A DNA stretch of 64,000 bases from Felis catus (Eukaryota), in assembly GCF_018350175.1 (NCBI RefSeq), contig NC_058373.1, positions 110,920,001-110,984,000 of the forward strand, written 5' to 3'. Position numbers and translations under genes: made by a program. Shown in pieces: positions 37,741-50,422 of this stretch; the first letter of the stretch is position 1; each line of letters begins with the position of its first letter. The notes under the pieces are model-generated. The model did no database searches. It was not told the origin of the DNA and saw nothing but the letters and a program-made list of their open reading frames with translations.

Positions 37741-39109
37741 AAAGTTGAACACATATTTCTTTGTAGCCTTAGAATTTATAATTTTCAGCCATAAGAAAAA
37801 TTAATATGATAAAAGTACCAAATCGGTGGACAGATTACCCTAGGATTTTACAAACCAGCTCAGCTGCTTTAGTTATCTCCACTTTAGCTGAAAGCTAAAT
37901 AATTCAATACAACCTCATTTGCTACAGAGCCTGTTATTCTGACAGCATCCCCAAATGCTTTACAGCTAATAGAGTTATAGTGAAATGATAAATCAGAACT
38001 GAGGGAGAGAGGAAGTTTAGAAGTACAGAGAGAAAGGGCATTGTCAAAGAAGGAGAAAAAATAGCAAATCCTGGGGAGTGGGAATGAGAAACTGGGGAGA
38101 AGAAGGAAAAGCTGAATATAAGGGTTCATAATCAAGGTCATTGTTGTGGGCAACAGGGATTAATTCTGCAGGGATTTTCTGAGAAGAGTATGTAATGCCT
38201 GCTGGAATTGTCTATCTAAAGCATGGGAGATCGGCCCTCATTCTCTTTGGTCAAGGGGCTGCACCCCTTTTACCCCCATCCATGTTGACACTTCCCAATT
38301 CCAAACTGCCCAGCAAGCTCACAATAAGCAATCTGCAAGTAATTGGGCCAGAAGGGAAGGTGTGCATTTGAAGGTCTTGAGCCAGAAGGAAAGTCAGCCA
38401 GTAAACGAGAAAGTGAGAGGAAGCACTCAGAATGGCCTACCCACCTCCAGCTAATATCAATAGGTGAGGCCAAAAGGATGTAAATTTGGACATTAGAGGC
38501 ATCTGACACAGAGGGAACTTCTGCTTTCTATCTTTATATTCTCCGAATTTTTCACCTTGAGCTTATTATTATTTGATAATTAGTAGAGATAATAAAATAA
38601 TAGGTAGAGATTAGATCAAGATGGATTAAGCACATCCATTTGCCTTTTCTTTCATCCCAAATCTCATAAAAAGCTACCACTTAGAATAAGAATGTAACAG
38701 CACAGGGAAATAAGACAAAGGCTGATCAATTTTCCAAGTGTTTTTAGGAAATCCTGACAGGATCTGATCTAAAGAGAAATAAAATGAGAAAAAGTCAAAA
38801 CAGGTTCAGGATAAGGAATAGCTTAGAGAAGTTCCAAGCAAGAGTCAAAGGATACAAGAAAAGGAGGGGGCCCTAGGACAGAATAATTCATTGAAGAGCC
38901 TCCTCTCCCTGCTGGCATTAAATATTAGATGTTTGTGGGACAAATAAGTGAGTGGAGATCCTGGAACCAGAGGGACATAGCCCAGGTATCTACTGACCCC
39001 CAGAAAGGACAGGAAACCTTCACTCTCTCCTGATAGCATGTTGTACCTTTCCTTCACAGCTCCTAAAGAGAGACTGTGGTAAACAGAATGGGCAGGCAAA
39101 TGAATTCTC

Positions 39110-39680
39110 AGATAAAAGATCAGCAGACAACCAAAATCACCAAAGATTTTGTCAGGATAGAGGAACCAATACCATGAGAGAGAGGTACTAGACTCAACTA
39201 TCAGAAGTAATATCAGAGGAAACTAAGCTAATAAAGGACATAGAGATAAATTTTAAATGAATTTAAATGTTACTCAGCAAGATTTGAAAGAATATTGCAT
39301 CCATGACAAATAAGCAACAAGAAATTTAAAAGTAGTTTCTCAAACTGAAAAATCATTAGGTGATGAGCAAAAGTGACCAAGCTGAAAGATTAGTAGGAAT
39401 TCTACTAAACTAGTTGGAATTAGTAGGAATTTCTACAGAAATTCTCCCCAAACACAGAGCCAAAAACAAGGAGACGGAAAGTTTGAAAGAATGGTTGAAA
39501 GCCATGGAGGCAAGATCCTTAAAGTCCAATATCCGCCTAGTAGAAGTTATTAAAGGAAAGAGAAGAGAGAGTAAAGGAGATAATTATAATGACCAAGTAG
39601 AATGAAATTTCTCAGAATTGAAGAAAATATGAATTTTCATATTATAAAATCCTAAATTTAGAGGAGGATGAAGATTTTAA
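39110..39680 (+). mobile_element. Highly decayed L1M ORF1-region remnant
   Basis: A-rich sequence with L1 ORF1-like remnants (…SLKSNIRLVEVIKGKRRE…). Confidence 0.45.
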
Positions 39681-40166
39681 AATATAGTTTACAGTTTTAT
39701 GTACAGTTTAAAGTTTATGATTTTATTTATAAAATCTAATAACTGGAATAAAATTAAAAACCCCAAACTGTAACAAACTAGACTTTCTCTGTCTTGAATT
39801 CATCTTAAAGCTACTTTTACTGAATCACAGAACAAAGTTATTTGTTTGAAACTTAAAACTACTTTGACTTAAAAATGAACATAAACATCAGAAAGTTACT
39901 TACAAAAGGAATTGCCAAACCAAATAAACCTGAACCTACCTGATGTTCCACTCATTCAAATCCTGCTAGCAACAGAGGAATCGGGAGTTTGTGGTAATGT
40001 AAACTTCAAAATAGTGCCTAGAGCTGAAAAAAAATTAGTTCCCTTCTTTATCCTTTCACCAAGAGATGTATTTCATGACACTAAGCTAAAATTTCCATTC
40101 CATTTCTGGAAACATCTAGGGGAACCAGGCCCTCCACAACTCCCAAAGACAAAACAGAGGCAGGGC

Positions 40167-41633
40167 TCTCCCATTCTCCAGTATCATTCTCCTTCAACTC
40201 TTCTTCCACATAGTAGCCACAATACACATTGTAAAAAAGGAACTCTAATCATGTCACTCCACGACTTTAAATCATCCAGGGGCCCCCCATTGCTTACAGA
40301 ATATCGTGTCCAGTTCCCCAGCACCTAACACAGTGCCTGACTACAAGATATACTTCATAAAGGCCTGATGAGTAAACAGGTGAATTAATGAGCAAACAAA
40401 TCATGGAAACTAAAAGAGAGTTGCAAATGTGGAAATAATCAAATTAGTAGGTAATTCAAAAATCATTTCTATTTGGCATAAAATATATTTACAAGATAGA
40501 AGATGCAGGACCAAACTTCTCCATTAGATGCCTCAACCAAATGGTCACTGTAAGGAACCTGAAAGCCTGCAGCAAGTGTGCAAATACCAACATGACCATC
40601 CTCTGAAGGAGCAGGTGCCACCAATTTCAAATTTTCCTCCACCAATAATGGAAAGGAGCAGAAGAACAAGGCTTACCTACTGTCATCCACTAGTCCATGG
40701 AAGCACTAGCCAGGCTTTGGAATAAATGAGCATCTTTCCTTCTATAGCTGCTCCTGAGCTCTTCCTCCCTTTTCAGGATCAGATTGTTACGTAAGGGATG
40801 CCAGATTGTACAGATGTAATAGCAGGCTTATACTGGGGTGTGCTGATGGACTAGTAGTGCCAGGAGGTGCTTAATGTTCTTCTACAATTGCATTGTTTAG
40901 GCTGTATGAGTTTGCTAGGGCTTCCATAACAATCACCACACACTGGGTGGCTTAAACAACAGAAATTTATTTTCTCACAATTCTGGAGGCTAGAAGTCTG
41001 GGATCAAGGTGTTGGCAGGGTTGTTTCTTCTAAGGCTCCTCTCTTTGGCTTATAGATAGCCATCTTCTCCCTGTCTTCACATGGTCTTTCTTCTGTGCCT
41101 GTGTCCTAATCTCTTCTTCTAAGAACACTATCATATTGGATTAGTATGACCTCAGTTTACCTTCATTACCTCTTTAAAGGCTCTGTCTCCAAATATGGCC
41201 ACTTTCTGTGGTACCAGGGGTCAGGATAGCAACATATGAATTTGGGGGGCACACCATTCAGCCCCATCTTTTCTCACACGAACTGCTTCTGTTAGCCTCC
41301 TAACTGCTCTCCATTCTCCAGTATCATTCTCCTTCAACTCTTCTTCCACATAGTAGCCAAAGTACACATTGTAAAAAAGGAAATCTGATCACGCCACTCC
41401 ATGACTTTAAATCATCCAGGGGCTCCCCATTGCTTACAGAATATCGTTTTCAGTTTCCTAGCACCTAACACAGTGCCTGACTACAACTTATACTTCATAA
41501 AGGCCTGATGAGTAAATAGGTGAATTAATTAGCAAACAAATCATGGAAACTAAAAGAGAGTTGCAATTATGGAAATTGATCAAAGAAGTAGGTAATTCAA
41601 AATCATCTCTATTTGGCTTAAAAATACATATTT
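40167..41633 (+). repeat. Direct duplication of ~320 bp (copies ~40167-40490 and ~41307-41633)
   Basis: 40171-40436 aligns without gaps to 41311-41576; I count 18 mismatches in 266 bp by hand. Confidence 0.95.
40903..41267 (-). mobile_element. MaLR solo LTR (MLT1 family)
   Basis: Characteristic 'ctgggtggcttaaacaacagaaatttattttctcacaattctggaggctagaagtc' and a terminal 'gggggcacaccattcagccc'. Confidence 0.85.
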
Positions 41634-42243
41634 GTGATTTTTTTTTTCAGGAGAACCACTTTCCTTTTGGTGTTTGAGTGAGGTTTTTAAAGTGAATTCA
41701 CTGAAAAATAATTGGCAATATTTGTGCCTGAATTTCACCAGTTCCTCAGCCACCTTGGCACATTCACACCTAACTTACTGACTATAGGTGACAAATGGAA
41801 TCTTAAATTAAGTAGGTTTCATGTTCACACCTACCACCAAGTTCACCTAAGGGGGAAGTAGCCTGCTGTCTTCCAGTGTCATTCATAATAAGGCACAGCA
41901 AACACAATGGTGATGGTTCAGCATGGAATTTTGACTTTGTTGGCTCTACCCTCTCAGTGCCATTTTCAGACCTCATCCTTGGATTAAGGCCACCCTCCAA
42001 TATGCCAAAGCCTTGAGCTCATAGGATTAAGAACATAGGAAGGTGGATCAAAAAGCATTACAAGCAGTGAGTTGATGTTATTTTGACATTAACAGTCTAT
42101 CTTGAGTACTCCAGAAAGTATATAATCTGTATGTGGATAATCGAGTACCTAACCCTGAAAATGTGTTCTCTTCCTTTATAGATATTTATCAAGCCAGAAC
42201 TCAAATCAAGAAGAGAAAATACAATATGAAAATGGAGTTTATT

Positions 42244-42488
42244 GGGGTGCCTGGGTGGCTCAGTTGGTTAAGCATCTGATTCTTGATTTCGGCTCAGGTC
42301 ATGATCTAGCGGTTTATGAGATCAGGTCCCATCTCAGGCTCTGTGCTGACAGCACAGAGCCTGCTTGGGATTCTCTCTCTGCCTCTCTCTCTCTCCTCCT
42401 CCTCTCCTGCTTGCTGATGTGCATGCACATGCTCTCTCTCTCTCAAAATAAATAAACTTAAAAAAAGAAAAAATAAATAATAAAAAAT
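42244..42488 (+). mobile_element. CAN-SINE
   Basis: Typical structure. Confidence 0.93.
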
Positions 42489-43689
42489 TTGAGTTTGTTA
42501 ATAAAGAATGATAGCAACAGTTATAGTTCAACCAATTAACAATTTTTTATTTATGTGATAATAATTACCAGCATAAATGGTCTTAATTGCTTTTATTTGT
42601 TAGTGAGCAGTTTCCAAATTCAAAATATTTTTTTTCATAATATTAACCAAGACCCTTGGGAAAATTTCAATAAAGTTTGGAAAGATATTGCAATAAAAGA
42701 CTACATTACCTCTGCAAATTCATCTCATTTTCCATTCTGTGGGATATCTCTGCAGCTGCTTAACTTCTGTTTGGATATTTCTTCAATGCTTTAAAGTCTA
42801 CAAGAAACTATGATTCAACTCAAACATGATTTATTTTGTAGAATAACCACTTCTTATCAAAAACATCATTTTTCCTCATTTTCCTTTGTGTAAGGCAAAT
42901 TCTATTTTTAAAGGATTACTTATCATTTTCTTTTTACCAAATGCCATATAATCATTTTTATTCAATTTCATGAAGTAAATTGCTATCATTATCCTTATTG
43001 CTAGATAAAGAAACCAAGATACTCAGAGTTCAAGTAATTTTCCAAAAAAATCACATAGAACTCCAAATCCTTTACTTATTAAAGAGTTATTTACCCAGGA
43101 AGCACTATCTCATGGTTTTTGAATTAACACATTCCCATGATATTTAATGTAGATTATCCACAGTATAGACTGATATTTTAAATCAATAACTAAGTCAAGA
43201 ATTTAGCCCCAGGTTATGCTGAGCATGTGCAAACAACAACTCATGTTGCTTATTCTATTCTACCATCATCTTAATTATCAAAATACACTTAATGAAGCAT
43301 ACACTCTGGACCTTCCATAGCAGAAACTGAAAGAAGTGAAAGCTGTAGGCCCTCTTTTGGAAGGGTTCCAAAGTTATGCATGAACATCAGTATCCCATAT
43401 CTGACCCCAACCCCTGCTAAATCTTTCTCAATTTCCACTCCTCACCTCTACCAAATACTGCCAGAAATTGATAAGTAGGAGCTTTCCCCATATGATTTCA
43501 CGTACTCGAAATCATACTGAATGCCCTCATTCCAAAGATTATAGGAACCTGCAAACTTATTTCACAACTAAGAACAAATGTTAAAATGCAAATAACCTTG
43601 GGAAAAGTTGGTTTTTAAGGGACAGCCTTTCAACTACTGGAGTAAGAAAAAGCCAATGCTGTTTAGTAGTAGCATTTTAATAGCTAATA

Positions 43690-43958
43690 CTCTCTCTGTC
43701 TCAAAAATAAATAAACGTTAAAAAAAATTTTTTTTTAAAAAATGGGGTGCCTGGGTGGCTCAGTCGGTTAAGCGGCCGACTTCGGCTCAGGTCATGATCT
43801 CGCGGTCCATGAGTTCGAGCCCCACGTCGGGCTCTGTGCTGACAGCTCAGAGCCTGGAGCCTGTTTGGGATTCTGTGTCTCCCTCTCTCTGACCCTCCCC
43901 CGTTCATGCTCTGTCTCTCTCTGTCTCAAAAATAAATAAACGTTAAAAATTAAAAAAA
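43690..43958 (+). mobile_element. Tail-only SINE stub plus a full young CAN-SINE (from 43744)
   Basis: Outer TSD AATAGCTAAT at 43679-43688 and 43959-43968. Confidence 0.9.
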
Positions 43959-44260
43959 AATAGCTAATCAATTTTTTTAAAAGAAGCTAGCAGGGTGGAC
44001 TGGAAAAATCAGTAGACATAGTGAAATGACCTGGATTCTACTCCCCCCTTATCTTCTCTACATCTCAATTTTTCTTCTTTAAAACGACAGCATTGAACTC
44101 ACTAGTCTTTAAGGCCTCTTTCAGCTCGAGCTCTCTACATTTTACACCTATAGTAAGAACATTTTGGATGTTCACTATAATAATGTTCATTAAAATGAAA
44201 AATTGGAAATCAATATCCATCAAAACAGAATTGGTTAAACCAGGTATGGTGTATATACAT

Positions 44261-44261
<1 letters not shown>

Positions 44262-44305
<44 letters not shown>
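44262..44305. repeat. (CA)n microsatellite
   Basis: Perfect CA run. Confidence 0.97.
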
Positions 44306-44306
<1 letters not shown>

Positions 44307-44496
44307 TCTATGTAGTCAGTTAAGGGATGATGTGGTTTTATATATTTATAGGGAAAGATGTCATGACATACTGCTGAACTTTTTATAAATGTAGGCATCA
44401 GATCATCTCTATTTGACTAAGAAATATGGTATTTTATACCAGAAAGGATACTCCTAAAAATGTTATTTCTAGATGGTAGGATTAAGAGTAATTCTT

Positions 44497-44740
44497 GGGG
44501 CACCTGGGTGGCTCAGTCGGTTAAGTGTCTGACCTCAGCTCAGGTCGTGATCTCAGTTTGTGGGTTTGAGCCCTACATCAGGCTCTCTGCTGTCAGCCCA
44601 GAGCCCGCTTCAGATCCTCTGTCCCCCTCTCTCTCTGTGCCGCTTTCTCTCTCTGCCACTCCCCAGCTCCCTGGCTCTCTCAAAATTAAATAAATAAACA
44701 TTAAAAAAATTCCAGGTGCTTATCAAGCCCTTTAAAAAAA
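44497..44740 (+). mobile_element. CAN-SINE with an extra 3' segment
   Basis: TSD AAGAGTAATTCTT at 44484-44496 and 44741-44753. Confidence 0.94.
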
Positions 44741-44811
44741 AAGAGTAATTCTTACTTCCTTCTCTATTTTTCTCATAATGTTTGGATATTTTATAAGCAG
44801 GAAATATTTTC

Positions 44812-44998
44812 TTTTTTTAATACTAAATATAATTTATTATCAAATTGGTTTCCGTACAATACCCAGTGCTCATCCCAACAGGTGCCCTCCTCGATGCCCA
44901 TCACCCACTTTCCCCTCTCCCCCACCCTCCATCAACCCTCAGTTTGTTCTCAGTATTTAAGAATCTCTTATGGTTTGCCTCCTTCCCTCTCTGTAACT
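44812..44998 (-). mobile_element. Short carnivore L1 3'UTR fragment with a 13-bp TSD
   Basis: Reverse complement of the L1 3'UTR; TSD AGGAAATATTTTC at 44799-44811 and 44999-45011. Confidence 0.9.
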
Positions 44999-45554
44999 AG
45001 GAAATATTTTCATAATATTTCAATTTGCGAAAAATATAGTAAAATGTAAATAGCAAATATTATACTCTTCTCTGCGAGCAAGTTTTGATAAAAGAGAGGG
45101 CCAAGACAAGAACAAAATAACAATGACCTAAAGAAAAACAATGCCTAAATATTTTCATCAACACTCAGATAATGAAATAAATATGTGCCATGAAAGTAAA
45201 GAACTATTCCTGTTACACGAATTGAGCTCAGCTCATCTGTTTTTCTCAGTCATCTCAGTTATCACCAGTGTTGGGAAGTGGATTTGCCTGACCTGTGCTC
45301 ACCCCCTCACCAATTTATCCCATGTGCAATGAGAAGATGTGTCAAGCCATCAGACTGGCCATTGGATCTAATTCAAAGCTAACCATCTTATGACAGGATT
45401 AATCTCATAACTTTGGGTACTTTACTACCGTGCTTTAACTATTTGAGTTTCCTAATGTTGCCTAATCAATCTTGATAATTATCACTTATCACTCAAATTT
45501 GAAAAAATGCACAAGTATTTGAAGATGGATTAAATCAAACCAAATAGGGAATCA

Positions 45555-45912
45555 GGGGCACCTGCCTGGCTTAGTTGGTCGAGCATGTGATCTTGATCTT
45601 AGGGTCATGACTTCAAGCCCCACCTTGGGCATGAAGCCTACTTTAAAAAAATTATAAAGGGGCCCCTGGGTGCCTCAGTCAGTTAAACATCCGACTGGGT
45701 GGCTGAGTCAGTTAAACATCCGACTTCGGCTCAGGTCATGATCTCATGGTCTGTGAGTTTGAGCCCCACATCAGGCTCTGTGCTGACAGCTCAGAGTCTG
45801 GAGCCTGCTTCAGATTCTGTGTCTCCCTCTGTCTCTGCTCCCCCTCCCCCTGCTCATGCTCTGTCTCTCTCTGTCCCTCAAGGGTGAATAAATGTTAAAA
45901 AAAATTTTTTTT
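45555..45912 (+). mobile_element. Short CAN-SINE (~45555-45652) followed by a CAN-SINE with a duplicated head (~45659-45912)
   Basis: Two elements; 29-bp tandem duplication in the second. Confidence 0.9.
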
Positions 45913-47214
45913 AAAAACCACTAAAGAGGGGATCATACATAATTCAGCAAAGGAGGAAGAATAAGGTTTCTAAATACAGAACAGCAAATGACAGTTTTGA
46001 CCCAAGTTGAAAATTGGTAGGAAAACAAAATGTTGCAAGAGATCATAAATTAAATACAGGCCAACACTGCAGTTGTTGTCATTCAAAAAGCGTGGGGCAT
46101 GACTACAAGAGCCAGCAGAGATCTCGGCATGTGATGAGAGATCTGTGAGTCCAAGCAAGTTAAGCCTCGGATGTGCTCTACCTGAGGGAGCCTTCTGCTG
46201 CCAACTGAAATTACTGGTTCTGTAGTCTTTGCTTGCCACCAATTGTGTCATGCCTTGTATGCTAAAGTTAAATGCCTTAATTCTCAATTTGGGGGTCAAT
46301 GGCTATATGGGTTAACTATTCAGGAGCTAGGCACCTGGGACAGGAGCTGTGCTCACACGAAAGAGCATTTCTAAAGTTCTCTCCCACAGCAGCTCAGGAA
46401 GTCAACTGGTCTGCCTGCTGGAGGTGTTTAAGGACCACAATGGGAACTGTAAGTGGAATCACTTTAAGTCAAGGACAGCCTATACATAATTAGGGTTAAT
46501 ATTATTTATGAGTTTATTTATCACCTATTTTATATTCTGCTTCCTGAAAGGATTTGGAGGAGGTTCTTGAATTTTATTTACCAGAGCAGCTTCATGCATT
46601 AGTTTTCTCTTCCCAACTAGGTTGTATAATGCCTGGTACTTAACAGCATGTCTTCAGTTTCTGTTCTATTGTTCATGGTGCCTGGTATAATGTTGAACAA
46701 TGACAGACGGGCATGCACAAAAATAATACCGAAGACTTTGGCAATGAGCAGAAGTACATAGTTACTACTGGTTAGTTTAATTAGTAAAGCCATGTTACAG
46801 ATTCTAGCTCTTCTGGATCCCACAAAGGACATGGTGATCATAGGGTGACCATATGTCACAGTTTACCTCAGGCTATCCTGGTTTACACCTGTCATCCTGG
46901 CAGAATCATTAATTCCCTTGTGCTCTCAAAAGTGTGCACATTACACAACGATCCTATTGATGAGGCATCACTAAGGGGCCTCCTAATAAATTCCAATATA
47001 CAAAAAGTAATTTGGCTTTAGCAGTAAATGAAAGCTTTGTGGCAAAAGACGACCACAAAGTACAAAGTTAAGGTTACATTATTAACTACTTGCTATTTCC
47101 TAAGACAGTTTATATAAGTTTAAGTCAACTCTGCCCTCTACTGTCTTATGACAGTATTATGACATGTTTCAGCTTCATTGATTGAAACTGACTATTGGTC
47201 CTGTTGATTATTTT

Positions 47215-47380
47215 AAACTGGTCCTCAAACTTTAACTTCTATATTAGCTTTTAAAAATCTCTACTGCCTATGTTGTACCCCTGATCAACTAAGTCAGAAT
47301 CTCTGAGGATGATACCCAAGTGACATTTTTTTTAATGTCCCCAGTCGCTACCAATGTATACCAGAGGTGAAAACCATTGC
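47215..47380. mobile_element. MER5-like DNA transposon fossil
   Basis: 'tggtcctcaaacttta…aagtcagaatctctg…gaaaaccattg'. Confidence 0.5.
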
Positions 47381-48160
47381 TTAGAATGTCAGATCAAATA
47401 GTCTGTTGTGGTTCACTTGTTTTTTTATTCCATAGCCTGGATTATACTATACTCTAATCATATCTGGAGAAGTCTTGGAAATTAGAATTGAAAAGGAAGA
47501 GTGCATCAGGACAAATCTACATCACTACTGAGAAAATGGCATTAAAAAAAAAAAACCCCACTCTAAGGGATGGTCTCTTCCTTGGGTATAAAAATATATT
47601 TTTAATTATAGTGATGACATGGACAGTACTTACTCAGAAATGAGTCTGTTAGGCCATCAGCTTTGATGCCACGGCTCAACCCTAATTCTCTGTTGATGGA
47701 ATTATGTGCTGAAGAAGCTCTAAGATAGCCAAGAAAGTTGGACCAGAAGATAGGGGCAAATGAGGTAGAGCCCATTGCATTAAAAGACTGCTTCCTTTTT
47801 TGTGAATATTCAGAGACTTGTTAATGGAGTTTATCATATGGAAAAGCACTGATGTGAAAGCCCAGGAAATCTGCTGGAATAGAAGCTGCACTAATTAGAA
47901 CATTAACTAAATTAAGTCACTGGGGGTGGGGGGGAAGCGAATCCCAAAGGGAATAACAGAGAAAGGAAAAAAGATACAGAAAAATCAATAATCAGCAAGA
48001 GAAAGAATTTGCAGAAAATTAACTAAGTAGCAGGTTTTAATAATAAGCGAAAAGTTTACTTCCCATTCCCCTTTTCTAAAGTTTACCAGGAAAAGATAAT
48101 GGATCTCATGTCTGAAACTCGTCCTATTAAAAGAGATTTTATTCTTCTTAAGACAAATTT

Positions 48161-48379
48161 GGGATGCCTGGGTGGCTCAGTTGGTTGAGTGTCCAACTCT
48201 TGATTTTGGCTCAGGTCATGATCCTAGAGCCATGGGATCAAGCCCCATGTTGGGCTCCACGATTATCATGGAGCCTACTTAAGATTCTCTCTCTTTCTCC
48301 TCACCTCTGCCCCTTTCCCTAGCTCCCACATGCGCATGCTTTTTCTCTCTCTCTCTCTCAAAACAAAACAAAACAAAAC
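48161..48379 (+). mobile_element. CAN-SINE
   Basis: Typical structure; (CAAAA)n tail. Confidence 0.92.
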
Positions 48380-48971
48380 CTTTTAACCAAAACTGTGGGA
48401 TCAGCCAGAGTGCTGGCATGAAAAACAAGGGATCATTTGGGAATTTTGATAGTGAACATGAGGGTAAAAATCCCCTGTGAAAACAGTGGAGGCCTTCTAA
48501 TACTAAAAGGAGGGGAGAGGAAGATGCATGTGACAGATGGTGATGTCCTTATACACCACATCTGGGATTGCATCATTCAGTTCTTCAACCCGGCCAAAGG
48601 CAATACTCTTAGCTTAAGTAGGGACAAAGTAGAGGTTTGGAAGCGGCATCAGGAATTATTCTAAGTGATTCTATCTGTGCTGGTTTTGTTGTCCATGGAG
48701 CATCTACTGGTACTTTAAAAAATTCTTTTGAAAGAAATGAATGGAGACAAAGTAAAAATGTTTCCATTTCATAATTCCATATGTATTATCCATATGTCTA
48801 TATGAATTGTTAATAATTCCAAATTTATTATTTCATAAGGCTAGTTCTTACTCTTTCCTGGACAGCAGACCCCTGTGAGTATCTGATAAAGCCTATAGGC
48901 CCTCTCCCCAGAAAAAAACTGATATTTTAATATATAACTTTTCATATAGTTCCATCCTAGTTTGAAAACAC

Positions 48972-49926
48972 TAGACATACAGATGGCCAACAGTACATGA
49001 AAAGGGACTCAACATCAGTAATCATCAGGGAAATGCAAATCAAAACCACAAAGACATATTACTTCACACCTGTTTGAATGGCTACTATCAAAAAGACAAG
49101 AAATAACAAGTGTTGATGAGGATGTGGGGAAAAAGGAATCCTTGTGCATTGTTGGTGGGAACATAAATTGGTGCAATCACTTTGGAATATAGTATGGAGT
49201 TTCCTCAAAAAAATAAAAATAGAAATACCATATGATCCAGTAATTCCATGTCTGGCTGTCTATCTAAAGAAAATGAAAGGAAGAATTCAAAAAGATATGC
49301 ACTCCTATGTTCATTACAGCATTACTTACAATACCCAATATATGGAAACAACCTAAATGAATACATAAAGAAAATGTAGTATATATATATATATGTATAT
49401 ATATGTATATATGTGTGTATATATATACAATAGAATATTATCCAGTCATTAGAAAAATGACAGCATAGGTGGACCTTCAGGGTATTATGCTAAGTGAAAT
49501 AAGTCAGAGAAAAATACAATATGATCTCACTTATATGTAGAACCTAAAAACAAACAAATAAAGAAACAAAAACAAGCTCATAGATACAGAGAACAGATTG
49601 GTGGTTGCCAGAGGTGGGAAGGTGGGGGTGGGCCAAGGGAACTAAAAGATACAAATTTCTAGTTATAAAATAAATAAGTCATGGAAATGTAATGCACAGC
49701 ATGGTGACTATAGCTAATAATACTGTATTGCATATTTGAAAGTTGCTAAAAGAGTAAATTTTAAATATTCTCATCACAAGAAAAAGAAATTATGTAACTA
49801 TGTGTGGTGATGGATGTTAACTAGACTTATGGGGTGATCATTTCACAATATATACAAATATCGAATCATGTTGTATACCTGAAACTAATATAAGGCTATA
49901 TGTCAATTATACCAATTAAAAAAAAA
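48972..49926 (+). mobile_element. Older L1 3' end (L1MA-like), with an internal (TA)n expansion
   Basis: Degenerate ORF2 C-terminus (HCWWEHKLVQSLWNIVW…) followed by an L1MA-type 3'UTR and A-tail. Confidence 0.85.
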
Positions 49927-49958
49927 CTTTGACTTATAAAATAACCTTCTGCAAATGG

Positions 49959-50100
49959 ATTAGCTAATGCTAATTATTATATTAGCATTAGCTAATTATT
50001 ATATACATTATTATAAACATTTATTAAGCATTAGCTAATTATTATGTGCATTATTGTAAACACTTAATAATATATAAATTATTATAAACATTTATTAAGA
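49959..50100. repeat. AT-rich perfect inverted repeat plus a 43-bp tandem repeat
   Basis: ATTAGCTAATGCTAAT (49959-49974), a 6-nt spacer, then ATTAGCATTAGCTAAT (49981-49996); tandem units start at 49984 and 50027. Confidence 0.9.
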
Positions 50101-50422
50101 GCTTATGTACAAAAATCTTCAAGCATTACATACATGTTAGGTTAAACAACAAGAAGTTCCTGTCTTCTAGCTACTTATAATCCAACATATAATGTCATTA
50201 TAGCCGTGTAAAGGACATGCAGTTGCTACACTGAAAAATAAAAACATTCGCATCTTCATAGGAAGGGGTAAGGACATGTTGAGAGGTGGTAGGCAAAAGC
50301 AGAGTTACTTAAGAGTCCATGACTTCTTTTCAATATAGTCAGGGAATTTTTAAAAATGTATTGAATGCCCTCAGTACAAGGTATACTACTATGCCCCAAA
50401 GGGGATTAAAGATGAGGACTAA

